From: Methanothrix sp.
GTDB taxonomy: Archaea; Halobacteriota; Methanosarcinia; Methanotrichales; Methanotrichaceae
Assembly: GCA_037128175.1 (NCBI GenBank)
Contig: JBAXWY010000004.1
Span: forward strand, 76,555 to 140,554
Direction of reading: 5' to 3'
Length of the DNA: 64,000 nt
The notes under the pieces are model-generated. The model did not search any database, had not been told where the DNA came from, and worked only from the letters and a program-made list of their open reading frames with translations. A program made the position numbers and the translations under genes. How positions within the stretch are numbered: the stretch's first letter is position 1; the number at the start of each line of letters is the position of its first letter. Positions 11,005-20,135 of the stretch are shown in pieces.

Positions 11005-11853
11005 TCAGCTCTTCTTGCCGAAATTAATGGTCTCGACTTCGTCCTCGTTCTCCGCTTCCGGCCAGGTATTGTTGGGCTCGCTCTTCTTGGGCTTGCTTTT
11101 TCGGGAAGAGGGCACATCTTCCGGCTCTGCCGGCGTAGCGGCGGGCTTCTTCTCGCTCTCGATAGTCGCACTCTTCGCCGTTTTTGTCTCCGGAAGTGTG
11201 TCGCTCTTGGCCAAATCCGCCTTCAAGGAGGAGAGCGCGCGAAGGACCATCTGCCGGAAGTGCTCTATGTCGGTGTGGTAATGCTGCAAAGCTCTATCGT
11301 TGTCCTGTTCTGGAGTGGACGAGGAAGAGGAAGCCGGCACATTGTCTGCAGTGGCGAAATCGCTGGATACTGGGATTGGCCTGGCATTCTTCAGTGCCTC
11401 CAGCCTCTCTAAGGTCCGGCGGGCGGTGTCTATTATCCACTGGTTTCTCGTATTCTCGTCTACTCGCTGAATGGATTCAGCACGCAGAGATATGATGATG
11501 TTTCCGTCATCGGTCTGGTAGAGATTGGGCTTGCCCACCACGGCGACATATGAGGGCGCCTCCATGCAGGCGAGTATTTGAGCGGCCTCAGGCTGGTACT
11601 GACCGGCATAGATCAGTATGCTGCCCGTAGGATCTACCACTCTTCCCCTCCAGTACTCCGTGTCGCTGCCTATGTCATCCTTCTCTGTGAGGGTGCCGAC
11701 CACGAAAACGCGATTACATTTAGCACCCGTAGGGGTGAGAAGATACGAAGGTGCATATTGGTGCTGATCCTCGCCGTCGCGGAAGGAGTAGTTAGAACTC
11801 TTTAGCTCCTCGGCGAAGATCCTTTTAGCCACTTCTCGTGAAAATCCTGCCAT
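11005..11853 (-). CDS. RPA-associated OB-fold protein
   Basis: REVAKRIFAEE, LLTPTGAKCNRVFVVGTL, YAGQYQPEA. Confidence 0.88.
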   Translation of the reverse strand: MAGFSREVAKRIFAEELKSSNYSFRDGEDQHQYAPSYLLTPTGAKCNRVFVVGTLTEKDDIGSDTEYWRGRVVDPTGSILIYAGQYQPEAAQILACMEAPSYVAVVGKPNLYQTDDGNIIISLRAESIQRVDENTRNQWIIDTARRTLERLEALKNARPIPVSSDFATADNVPASSSSSTPEQDNDRALQHYHTDIEHFRQMVLRALSSLKADLAKSDTLPETKTAKSATIESEKKPAATPAEPEDVPSSRKSKPKKSEPNNTWPEAENEDEVETINFGKKS

Positions 11854-11855
11854 TT

Positions 11856-13091
11856 TTATGCCACCTCCGCGCTAGCTATGAGCTCGTCCACTTGCGTTTG
11901 CGACACCGGCGGGATTTCATTAATGCTTTCCACCAGAAGATAGCGATCAATCCTCGGCCCGGTTATGGAATAGTATCTTCCCATCAGCTTGCTCTCAATT
12001 AATGAGTGCACTACCTCATGATCGAGCGCCTCCATAGCCATCTGTTTTGCCTCTTCTAATGTGAGATTTAGCAGCCTCTCCGTGGTCTCCCGGTTGACGA
12101 GTAGATCCTGCACCCGGCGGCCGTCGTCCAGCACTGCTTTGATGCGCAGATCATAGGTGCCGTCCACTTTTCCGTGCTCACTGCAGACACCCTTGGCCAA
12201 AGATCGCTTGCAAACCGGGCAGCGCTTGATTAGCCCGGAGCCCTTCTGCACATCCACCAGGGCGCCAGAGAACTCCGCGGCGATGGAGCCAATCTCCACA
12301 TCGACATCTAACGGCTCGATCTGGCTGGTGCGATTCAGTTTCACGGAAAACCTGCCCTGAAACTCGTCTGTAACCAGGTTTTTGAGAAGGTAGCTTTTGC
12401 CATCCACAAGTTCCGGTAAATCGGCCTTAACCCACTTCACAAATTTTATGGCACCGGTCTCATCGCCCACCAGTCCTGACTGGGAGATGGCTTCGCTATT
12501 CGTCTCCCAGAGCTGTGCCACCTTGACCTTCAGATCAACCCACAGACCTGGCTCATTGATCTCTGCCACTGTTACGAGCTGTGCAGCTTTGCTGGCGGGC
12601 TTTGCCTCCACATCGACATCTAACGGCTCGATCTGGCTGGTACGATTCAGTTTTACGGAAAACCTGCCCTGAAACTCGTCCGTGACCAGCTTTTTTAAGA
12701 GATAGCTTCGGCCAAGTTCCAAGTTGGGCAGATCGGACTTGGTCCACTTCACAAACTTCATGGACCCCGTCGCATCGCCCACAAGTCCCGTCTGAGAGAT
12801 GGTCTGGGCCGCAGGCTCCCAGAGATCTAAAACCTTGACCTCCAAATCCACCCACTTGCCGGACTCCTTGATCTCGGCGATCTTGACCTTCTCCGAGCCG
12901 GCCCTAACCTGAGGCACTATGCCATGCTCTTTGAAAAAGTAATTCAAAACAGATCTTCTCGCCTCGCCTTCAGGAACGCGAAAATCCACGATGAGCTTCT
13001 TTAGGCGAGATTCGATATCCTCCTCAGAGACCTCGATCTTCTGATCCCTGAGACGAGCTTTTATCTGATCAACCAGTTCTTTCATAAACAA
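11856..13091 (-). CDS. rpa: Replication protein A (two tandem OB folds plus Zn finger)
   Basis: Duplicated OB fold; SGLIKRCPVCKR...CSEHG...YDLRIKAVLDDG. Confidence 0.92.
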   Translation of the reverse strand: MFMKELVDQIKARLRDQKIEVSEEDIESRLKKLIVDFRVPEGEARRSVLNYFFKEHGIVPQVRAGSEKVKIAEIKESGKWVDLEVKVLDLWEPAAQTISQTGLVGDATGSMKFVKWTKSDLPNLELGRSYLLKKLVTDEFQGRFSVKLNRTSQIEPLDVDVEAKPASKAAQLVTVAEINEPGLWVDLKVKVAQLWETNSEAISQSGLVGDETGAIKFVKWVKADLPELVDGKSYLLKNLVTDEFQGRFSVKLNRTSQIEPLDVDVEIGSIAAEFSGALVDVQKGSGLIKRCPVCKRSLAKGVCSEHGKVDGTYDLRIKAVLDDGRRVQDLLVNRETTERLLNLTLEEAKQMAMEALDHEVVHSLIESKLMGRYYSITGPRIDRYLLVESINEIPPVSQTQVDELIASAEVA

Positions 13092-13206
13092 TTCAGCCCC
13101 CTAATTTTTTTTTTGAGAGGTAACTGTAACTTAGGTCCGGAAGTATTTAAACTAAATCTGTGCGGGGCGAAAGTAATCTATTCAAGATCGAGCAGAAGTA
13201 TATGCA

Positions 13207-14073
13207 ATGGTGATCCTAACCTGGTTTGGAAGAGTTGACCTGCTGACCGGATCTTTGCTGACCGAAGCCATGCTTGGCAGAGAAGAGTCGGATGGGATAT
13301 CAGAGCCTCAGCAGGAGACATCCGGTGCCTTTCCTCTTCCCCAGACGGATCTACGCGCCCTGGCCAGGGCCTGTGGCTTTGCAGCCGACGACGGAGAATA
13401 TAACAGGCTGCTGCGAGAGGCGGCCTTAGGCCTGGTGCGGCGAAGCATCCTGTCCGGCAGCACCGTTGAGCAGGATCTGCTCCAGGCCATGGAGGCCCTG
13501 GATAATTTGACTCAGGCGATCAATCTGCTGGACGAGAGGCTCTACGAGTGGTCCCGCCTGCACAGCCAGGAGATCGTCCACGGAAAGGATCTGGCGGAAG
13601 GGCTAAAAGAAGACGAAAATATGGGGCTCCTGGCAAAAGCGATCCTGGGCCTGCGGGAGGCCAGGAAGGCCACGGAGACCGACGTCTCGGCCACGGTGCA
13701 GGCCCTGGCCCCCAATCTCTCCTCCCTGGCAGGCAGCGTCCTGGCGGCAAGGCTCATCTCTCGGGCCGGCGGCCTGTCTCGTCTGGCAAAGATGCCCTCC
13801 AGCCGAGTGCAGGTCATGGGCGCAGAAAAGTCTCTCTTCAAGCATCTTCGGGGCCATGCACCTTCTCCCAAGCACGGCATCATCTTCCGCCATCCTGCCG
13901 TGATCGGATCGCCCCGAATGTTGCGGGGACGTGTGGCCCGAACCCTGGCGGCAAAGCTGGCCATCGCCGCCCGCCTGGACCATTTCGGGGCCGGACTCTC
14001 TTTGGATCTGCAGGCATCATTGGACGCCCGCCTGAGAGATATCAAGCAGAGAGGACGCAATAAGGGCAAATAG
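13207..14073 (+). CDS. nop5: Nop5/Nop56-family C/D sRNP protein
   Basis: APNL..LAG..LAARLI..AG, MPSSRVQVMGAEK.LF.HL, PKHGIIF. Confidence 0.9.
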   Translation: MVILTWFGRVDLLTGSLLTEAMLGREESDGISEPQQETSGAFPLPQTDLRALARACGFAADDGEYNRLLREAALGLVRRSILSGSTVEQDLLQAMEALDNLTQAINLLDERLYEWSRLHSQEIVHGKDLAEGLKEDENMGLLAKAILGLREARKATETDVSATVQALAPNLSSLAGSVLAARLISRAGGLSRLAKMPSSRVQVMGAEKSLFKHLRGHAPSPKHGIIFRHPAVIGSPRMLRGRVARTLAAKLAIAARLDHFGAGLSLDLQASLDARLRDIKQRGRNKGK

Positions 14074-14129
14074 GGATCAGATTTATATTCAATGCCCAGC
14101 CATGATGCTTCTGAGGTTGAGGTGTGCAG

Positions 14130-14768
14130 ATGAGATGGTGGTCCGGATCGTTGACGCTTGGAGTTTTGATTATATTTATTATAGCTGGCACTAGCATTCT
14201 CGTTCCTACGGCAAACAGCGTGCCTCAAAACCTCACCGAGCATTCCTGGATCTACAGCCAGGGAATTACCGACGATATGCGCATCTACCAGTCGGCAGCC
14301 GGTTTTCATGGACAGAAGCTGGTCACGGGAACAAGAGGCACCGGCACTGTGTCCCGATCCATAGATGCAGAGGTCTACGGCGGCTTTGAGGACGGCTACA
14401 ATGAGATCTGGGCGAACGAATGGGGCGTATTCCAGAACCGTCCGTCCAGATACAGTGCGCCCATAACCAATAGCGAGCTTAAGAATGCTCTATGCGCCAA
14501 GAATTATGAGGTAGGATCTATCTATTCGGAGAGCTACTCAGGTCTGGTGGAACTGATCAAGGATACCTCCGTCGCCCAGACAGACAACAACTCTGTCTAC
14601 AGCATTCATTCCGAGGTAGAGGGAACAACCAGAGTGGGTGCGCGGGTGCAAAAGGGCTCCAGGGCGGTGCCCATTTATGTCATGAGCGGAACCTATTCCG
14701 GATACCTAAATATGAGGATGTCACTGGAGAGTGGCGACGCATCCGTCTTGACCCTGCCCTGCCCCTGA
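14130..14768 (+). CDS. Secreted hypothetical protein
   Basis: N-terminal hydrophobic signal, GAGGTG SD-like motif, coherent codon usage. Confidence 0.7.
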   Translation: MRWWSGSLTLGVLIIFIIAGTSILVPTANSVPQNLTEHSWIYSQGITDDMRIYQSAAGFHGQKLVTGTRGTGTVSRSIDAEVYGGFEDGYNEIWANEWGVFQNRPSRYSAPITNSELKNALCAKNYEVGSIYSESYSGLVELIKDTSVAQTDNNSVYSIHSEVEGTTRVGARVQKGSRAVPIYVMSGTYSGYLNMRMSLESGDASVLTLPCP

Positions 14769-14798
14769 GGGCATCAAAAATTATTTTGTAATGATATC

Positions 14799-15611
14799 AT
14801 GGATTACCTCTCAAGTGGATTCTCGGATATCGATCATTCTAATGATCCCTCTTTTTTCTCATCCTGCCTGGTCACCTTGAACTCTCTGCCCTACTTCCAG
14901 GATTACAAGAGAAAAAGCTTCAATCTTATGAACGCCCGGACGGGTTCCAGGGTCCTGGAAGTGGGCTGTGGCCTGGGCTTCGATGCCATTGCCCTGGCCA
15001 GGATAGTAGGAAGCACCGGCCGGGTAGTGGCGGTGGACTCCAGCCAGACCATGCTGGAGACGGCCCGGTCAAGGGCTGAGAACCTCGGCCTTCCTATAGA
15101 GTTCGTGCTGGGAGATGCCGGCCGTTTGGACTTCGATGATGGATGCTTCGACTGTTCCAGAGTGGACAGAACCCTTCAACATATACCTGAGCCTGAGAAG
15201 GTCCTAACCGAGATGGCCAGGGTCACCAGGAGCGGGGGCCGTGTCGTGGCCTATGAGCCGGACTGGGGAACCTTCACCATAGGGTCAATGAACCGAAAGG
15301 TTACTCGTAAGATAACAGACCTCTGGTGTGACACCTTCAGGAGCGGCTGGATAGGACGTAACCTCTACGGGTATTTCAGAGATATGGGACTGGAGGGCGT
15401 CCAGGTTTACCCAAGCACCCTTGTAATCACTGACCTTAACCTTGCCGAAAAGGTCTTCGATCTGTCCAAGAACGCAGAGAAGGCCATGGGTTTGAGTCTG
15501 GTATCAAGGTCCGATGCAGAGGACTGGTTAAGGGGACTTGAGGAAGATAACCTTAGAGGCAAGTTCTTCTGCACCTACACAGGCTTTTTGGCTTATGGTA
15601 GGAAGCCGTAG
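14799..15611 (+). CDS. Class I SAM-dependent methyltransferase (UbiE-like)
   Basis: VLEVGCGLG, EMARVTRSGG, EPDW. Confidence 0.9.
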   Translation: MDYLSSGFSDIDHSNDPSFFSSCLVTLNSLPYFQDYKRKSFNLMNARTGSRVLEVGCGLGFDAIALARIVGSTGRVVAVDSSQTMLETARSRAENLGLPIEFVLGDAGRLDFDDGCFDCSRVDRTLQHIPEPEKVLTEMARVTRSGGRVVAYEPDWGTFTIGSMNRKVTRKITDLWCDTFRSGWIGRNLYGYFRDMGLEGVQVYPSTLVITDLNLAEKVFDLSKNAEKAMGLSLVSRSDAEDWLRGLEEDNLRGKFFCTYTGFLAYGRKP

Positions 15612-15649
15612 ATAACTGAATGCTGCCTATTTTAGCTGAAGCCGATTGG

Positions 15650-15860
15650 ACTGAGAACGAAGGAATGGAAAAGAAGGAGGGAGGCAAAAGTCTCAGGGAT
15701 GTAGGAGGGAAGAATAGCCATCGACTTTCGCCAATACACTATACGTCAATTGCCGAGATAAAAGGCTTTCGCTTCACGTTAAGAAAAGACCATTCTCCAC
15801 CCTAAGAAATAATGGTTCCTCGCTGTATCGAGTGGGTAATAGACTAATCGAGTCCTCAGT
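15650..15860 (-). ncRNA. Candidate structured ncRNA or 3' element (~210 nt)
   Basis: Four nested helices with G-U pairs only on the minus strand and two GAAA tetraloop hairpins (see findings). Confidence 0.5.
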
Positions 15861-15868
15861 GAGTCCTC

Positions 15869-15984
15869 CCTCGCGCTCTGTGTCTGCGGTGGTGGTAGTA
15901 TCGTCAGCCACTTGGTTATAACCAGCGGCCAACGACGTTTTCACCACATAGACACCACAGTTCACAGAAGGACGCACAGAGCGA
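15869..15984. repeat. Diverged copy of the palindromic dispersed repeat
   Basis: CTCTGTGTCTGCGGTGGTGGTAGTA ... CACCAC...AAGGACGCACA shared with 55388-55508. Confidence 0.55.
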
Positions 15985-16055
15985 CTAACAACTGGAAATA
16001 GCGAAAAGCCAACAAAAATTTTAGGGGTTTAGCTGAGCCGGACTGGCGTGCGGGC

Positions 16056-16490
16056 TCAAGCGGTAACTTTGGTCTTGGCGATGTACTTGATCAGCTCCGA
16101 GCCGATCCTGGCCTTCCTCTGAATCTGATTGGCCACGTCGTCTGCGGATGCGCCGCTGGCGGCCAGGGCGTGAATCTCCGCAAGCGTGCTGTCTTCCACG
16201 GTGAAGTACTCGTCCAGGTCCTTTCTGTGGCCCCAAACGTCGCCTTCCAGCATCTCAATGCCCTGCATCTCCAGGAATACCTGGATGGCATTGGACATGG
16301 TCTTGCGGTAGGATGGCGGAACCTGAATCATCCTTAGCCGGGGACACCTCTGCATCAGGTTAAGGAAATCTACATTACTGGCCCGGAAAGCCAGATGAAC
16401 AGTCTTCTCATTGGGGTTCAAATTGGGGATCTCGTTTCTGGCGCTGATTACTCTAAGTCTCATTTTAGCACTCCATACCTTAAAAGGCAT
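16056..16490 (-). CDS. DUF1699 family protein
   Basis: RVISARNEI..LNPNEK.VHLAFR.SN...CPRL..IQVP.SY...LEGDVWGHRKD..EY; true start probably MRLRV. Confidence 0.85.
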   Translation of the reverse strand: MPFKVWSAKMRLRVISARNEIPNLNPNEKTVHLAFRASNVDFLNLMQRCPRLRMIQVPPSYRKTMSNAIQVFLEMQGIEMLEGDVWGHRKDLDEYFTVEDSTLAEIHALAASGASADDVANQIQRKARIGSELIKYIAKTKVTA

Positions 16491-16643
16491 TCCTAATATT
16501 AATAGACACTTTCGCTGTACACATCATACTAAAACGATTGCGACAGAGACAATCAGCACTAAAAAATTGAAATTTAGTACTGTGCGAAAGTCAACTACCA
16601 CGCCCTAAAGGATGGGGCCTCCTTGGGCAACGAGGTGATAAAT

Positions 16644-17555
16644 TCATAGTCCCGCCCCCAGAGACAGCCCTGTTCGCAGCAGCACATCGGCAATTATGGC
16701 CGCAAAGAGCACGGCGCGGTAGTTGGCCGACTGGTAGAACAGCTTTTCACCCCTCTCTGGCGTAGGGTGGCGCACGAAGTCCATGTTTTGCAGCAGAAGC
16801 CATCCTCCGGCCGCAGCCGCTGCGGCCAGGTAGAGCCATCCGAGATTAGCAGCAAGGCCCAGGGCGAGAGAGAGAATGACGCCGATGATCCAAAAGAGCG
16901 CCACCATCTTGGCAGTGGCCGCAATGCCGTAGGTGGCGGGCGTTGTGGGAATGCCTTTCTCTTTATCACCGGCCACATCTCGCGAGGCATCGCAGTTGGT
17001 AAAGCCCCAATCGGTGATGACGATCATGGCCGCCAGGATCAGGGCGGCGGGATGCATTCCAGGGCCTGCTTTGAGAAGCCCGGCCGGCTCCAGGGCCAGC
17101 CAGACGCCCAGGGGCACCAGGCCGAAGGACAATCCCACAAAGATCCAGGAGAAGGGCGTATTTCTCTTGGCCCAGGCGGAGTAGATGGTGATGAGCAGCG
17201 TGGCAGTCAGGAGGATGGCAAAGCTCTCCGGGTTAAGGTAGAGGGATATGGCCGCAGCCACGAGAAAAAGAAATAGCGACCATAACTGAGCCTCGCGCTT
17301 GCTCAGCATTGCCGAGGGCAGGGGCCGATTGGGCATAGCGACGCTGTCCACATCGATGTCGCAGCAGTCGTTGTAGACATAGGAGCTGGTGATGGCAGCG
17401 TAGGCTCCAATGGAGGCTATGATAAAGGGCAGCAAAGGCGGCAAAGTCCCCTCTACGGCGTATTCGGCTAGTAGGGCCGCGGCGGCTGGCATGGCCAGAT
17501 CCATTGCCGCGAGTGGCGGGCGCAGCAGCTCGATGTGCGCCCTGAATCTATGCAT
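16644..17555 (-). CDS. UbiA-family prenyltransferase
   Basis: NDCCDIDVD...NRPLPS, D..GD...G..T motifs, multiple TM helices. Confidence 0.9.
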   Translation of the reverse strand: MHRFRAHIELLRPPLAAMDLAMPAAAALLAEYAVEGTLPPLLPFIIASIGAYAAITSSYVYNDCCDIDVDSVAMPNRPLPSAMLSKREAQLWSLFLFLVAAAISLYLNPESFAILLTATLLITIYSAWAKRNTPFSWIFVGLSFGLVPLGVWLALEPAGLLKAGPGMHPAALILAAMIVITDWGFTNCDASRDVAGDKEKGIPTTPATYGIAATAKMVALFWIIGVILSLALGLAANLGWLYLAAAAAAGGWLLLQNMDFVRHPTPERGEKLFYQSANYRAVLFAAIIADVLLRTGLSLGAGL

Positions 17556-18290
17556 TCAGATGAGTCCCGCGAAGAGCTCCAGATGCTTCTCGGGCTTCGT
17601 CATGTAATCCAGAAGACCCGGAACTCTCAGCAGTGGATACATCTCCCTGCCCTTAGCCAGGCCGAGTTTGCGAAGGCTTGAGCTGTTGGGCGCCTCTACC
17701 CTGCGCAGCTCTGCCGCCCCAGGGCATCGAATGTTCTTTATCCAGCCATCCCTGGTGAAAAAGTAAGCTCCCCCCCCATTCTCTCGGATGGGATCGTAAA
17801 GCGATGAGAAGTTCCTGGCCACGTAGTTGGCCATCTTCAGAGTCTTATTGGAGCGGTTTATGGTGATATGACCGTAACCGGGTGGCACGAGGACCTTATC
17901 TCCCGCTGAGGCGTGGACTGCCACCACATCGCTAAGGTCCTGGTTTTGCAAAAGGTAAAGTGCTTCACCTTCTATTACCTCGTAAAGCTCCGGGTAGGTG
18001 ACGCTGCCACCGGGCACAAGCGGATGGTAATGGCCGGCCGTCTTGATGTATTCGCATCCGAGCATATTTGGTGGAATAATAGTGATATCATAACGTAGAT
18101 CCTGTTGCAGGAGCTTCTCTTTATCCGCCCTGCTTAAGAAAAGGTCGCGATACATGTAATAAAGCTCAAAGTCCTCTGCCCCGGAAAGCCAGCTTTGATC
18201 AAAGATCACGTCCTTCATATCAAAAAGCCGACGAACATCGGCCGTTCGCATTTTGCCGCTAAACTCCATCTGCATTTTCTCTGCCACCAA
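17556..18290 (-). CDS. Cupin-type glucose-6-phosphate isomerase
   Basis: EYIKTAGHYH, YPELYEV..G, VPPGYGHITIN. Confidence 0.9.
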   Translation of the reverse strand: MVAEKMQMEFSGKMRTADVRRLFDMKDVIFDQSWLSGAEDFELYYMYRDLFLSRADKEKLLQQDLRYDITIIPPNMLGCEYIKTAGHYHPLVPGGSVTYPELYEVIEGEALYLLQNQDLSDVVAVHASAGDKVLVPPGYGHITINRSNKTLKMANYVARNFSSLYDPIRENGGGAYFFTRDGWIKNIRCPGAAELRRVEAPNSSSLRKLGLAKGREMYPLLRVPGLLDYMTKPEKHLELFAGLI

Positions 18291-18417
18291 ACGATTATGA
18301 GCATTTCTGGATTAAATATGTTCCATTTCCTGTCGATCTTTTCTTTCCAGAAAATATCACCCGCACAGCTAAGACCGGCCAATTCTAAAGGCAAGATGTC
18401 TTCAGTTGCTACTAGCT

Positions 18418-18867
18418 TTAGCAGGCTTCTGGACTGGTGATAGTGAAGTACTCTGTGAGCACCTTCCGATAGTCCACAATCACATCCACCTTCCAGGTTC
18501 CAGGCAGGCGGGCGACGTCTGTTCCCTTGATCTTAAGGCAGCTCCAGACAGGTGCGGCCCACATTCCCGTAAATCCGTCGATGGGCGGTATGGTGCTAAA
18601 AGACCGGGCATACGTCCTGCCCTCGGGCCAGTACCATCTCCATTCCACACTGTGTACCTTGGCGTCCCGCCAGATGAGCAGCCAGGAGGCTACCTGCTCG
18701 TCATCGGAGGTAAATGTATACGTCCTGTAAAGCGGCATGCCGTTTTGGCTAATCTCTTTGGCTATGGTATGCTCGGAAAGCGGAAAGAACATGGGATGGG
18801 ATGCTTGAACTACCCCGCCCATGAGCAAAACCGCCAGAACGACTATTGCTAGAACTCTTTCTCTCAT
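18418..18867 (-). CDS. Secreted hypothetical protein (Ig-like beta sandwich)
   Basis: Signal peptide; W.WY.P.G and PG.WKV.V motifs. Confidence 0.7.
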   Translation of the reverse strand: MRERVLAIVVLAVLLMGGVVQASHPMFFPLSEHTIAKEISQNGMPLYRTYTFTSDDEQVASWLLIWRDAKVHSVEWRWYWPEGRTYARSFSTIPPIDGFTGMWAAPVWSCLKIKGTDVARLPGTWKVDVIVDYRKVLTEYFTITSPEAC

Positions 18868-18972
18868 TGCTCCTCACCCACTACTCCTTAAGTTTATTGC
18901 GACCCTAATAGTATAATAATTAACTGTACCATAAAAAGATGACGATTGGATTTTTTTCAAGGACAATCCTGT

Positions 18973-19605
18973 TTAGACCAATAACGGGCTTATGCCCCGT
19001 CCTCTGGCAATTTCTCCAGGAAGATCTATCACGCTCGATACGGCATCGATCACATTTCCGTCACTGCTGGCAACTATGGATCCGCATGTTTTGAGCTGAT
19101 GATCGACATCTCTCGCGCACCTGGCCGCGCCAGGAAGAGCCCGCTCTGCCATCAGGCGGCGCACCTCTTTGGCCAGTTCTCCGCTGCGGCTAATTTGCTG
19201 GTCCAAGAGCACCTCTACGCGAGCAGCCCCGGCAGCAGCCAGCAGATCCAAAATATTGGAGAACGCGCAAACGGTAATTCGCGATGCATTGTCGCTTCTG
19301 AAAAATCCTCGCGTATCTCGCAAAAAGCCGTCGTCACAGAGGTAGACGGGAAATCCCGCCAGCAGGCTTTGTGTAGTGATGAGAACATTGTAGCCGTCCA
19401 CGAACACCGCCATGCCGCGTAGGGCATGTAGCCGCCGGGCCTTGGCCATTCTGGCGAGCGCCGTATCCGCAGAAACTACGGTCCTCAGGAGCACAAACCT
19501 CTGCGCCTCCGGCAAACGGTGGTGATCCGAGACATAGCGAACTGCAGAGTCATTGGGATAGCCGCGATCTACCAGGTACCGGGCCTCCTGGACGGCTCGC
19601 TTCAG
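18973..19605 (-). CDS. DUF434 domain protein (start codon uncertain)
   Basis: Frame extends upstream as LKRAVQEARYLVDRGYP..SAV.YV.DHHRL; VDGYNVLIT, CDDGFLRD, SRSGEL. Confidence 0.8.
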   Translation of the reverse strand: MKRAVQEARYLVDRGYPNDSAVRYVSDHHRLPEAQRFVLLRTVVSADTALARMAKARRLHALRGMAVFVDGYNVLITTQSLLAGFPVYLCDDGFLRDTRGFFRSDNASRITVCAFSNILDLLAAAGAARVEVLLDQQISRSGELAKEVRRLMAERALPGAARCARDVDHQLKTCGSIVASSDGNVIDAVSSVIDLPGEIARGRGISPLLV

Positions 19606-19610
19606 TGCGT

Positions 19611-20135
19611 CTACGGCTCCAGGGCCGACCGTCTCACCTCCAGATAAAGATCTTTTCCGTGGGCGTCTACTGCCACGATCATGGGCCCGAATTCTTTGGC
19701 CTCAAACACCCAGAGGGATTCGGCCATGCCAAGCTCTTGCAGGTGCACGCCCAACACCCTCAGCTGCTGCGCCGCCGCCGCACCGCATCCTCCCGGATAG
19801 GCCAGGTAGACGGCGCGGTTTTGGAAGGGCTCGCCGGGCAGGCCACCCTTGCCGATGATGGCCCGTACCCCCAGGCTCAGGATCTCATCAGTGTAGCGGG
19901 CCATGCGACCGCTGGTGGTCGGCCCGGCGGACAGAACCCGATCGTCCAAGATGAGCGGACCGCAGTGATAGAGGGCGGCCCCCTCCAGGGAGACGGGGCT
20001 TCCCACGCGACGCATCAGGGCATGGGCTTTGTCGCGGGCGGTGAAGAGCGTCCCGCTCAAAAATACCACATCACCGGCCACGAGCTTTTGCACTTCCCCC
20101 TCGGACAAGGGTGTACGGAGATGATACTCAGTCAT
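19611..20135 (-). CDS. Fe-S hydro-lyase (class I fumarase/tartrate dehydratase) beta subunit
   Basis: TARDKAH, HCGP, AGPTTS.RM, IGKGG, LGMAE. Confidence 0.92.
   Translation of the reverse strand: MTEYHLRTPLSEGEVQKLVAGDVVFLSGTLFTARDKAHALMRRVGSPVSLEGAALYHCGPLILDDRVLSAGPTTSGRMARYTDEILSLGVRAIIGKGGLPGEPFQNRAVYLAYPGGCGAAAAQQLRVLGVHLQELGMAESLWVFEAKEFGPMIVAVDAHGKDLYLEVRRSALEP

Noticed and set aside
15780-15862. Hammerhead-like CTGAGGA...GAAC on the minus strand
   Set aside because: Core reads GAAC rather than GAAA and no stem I can be formed
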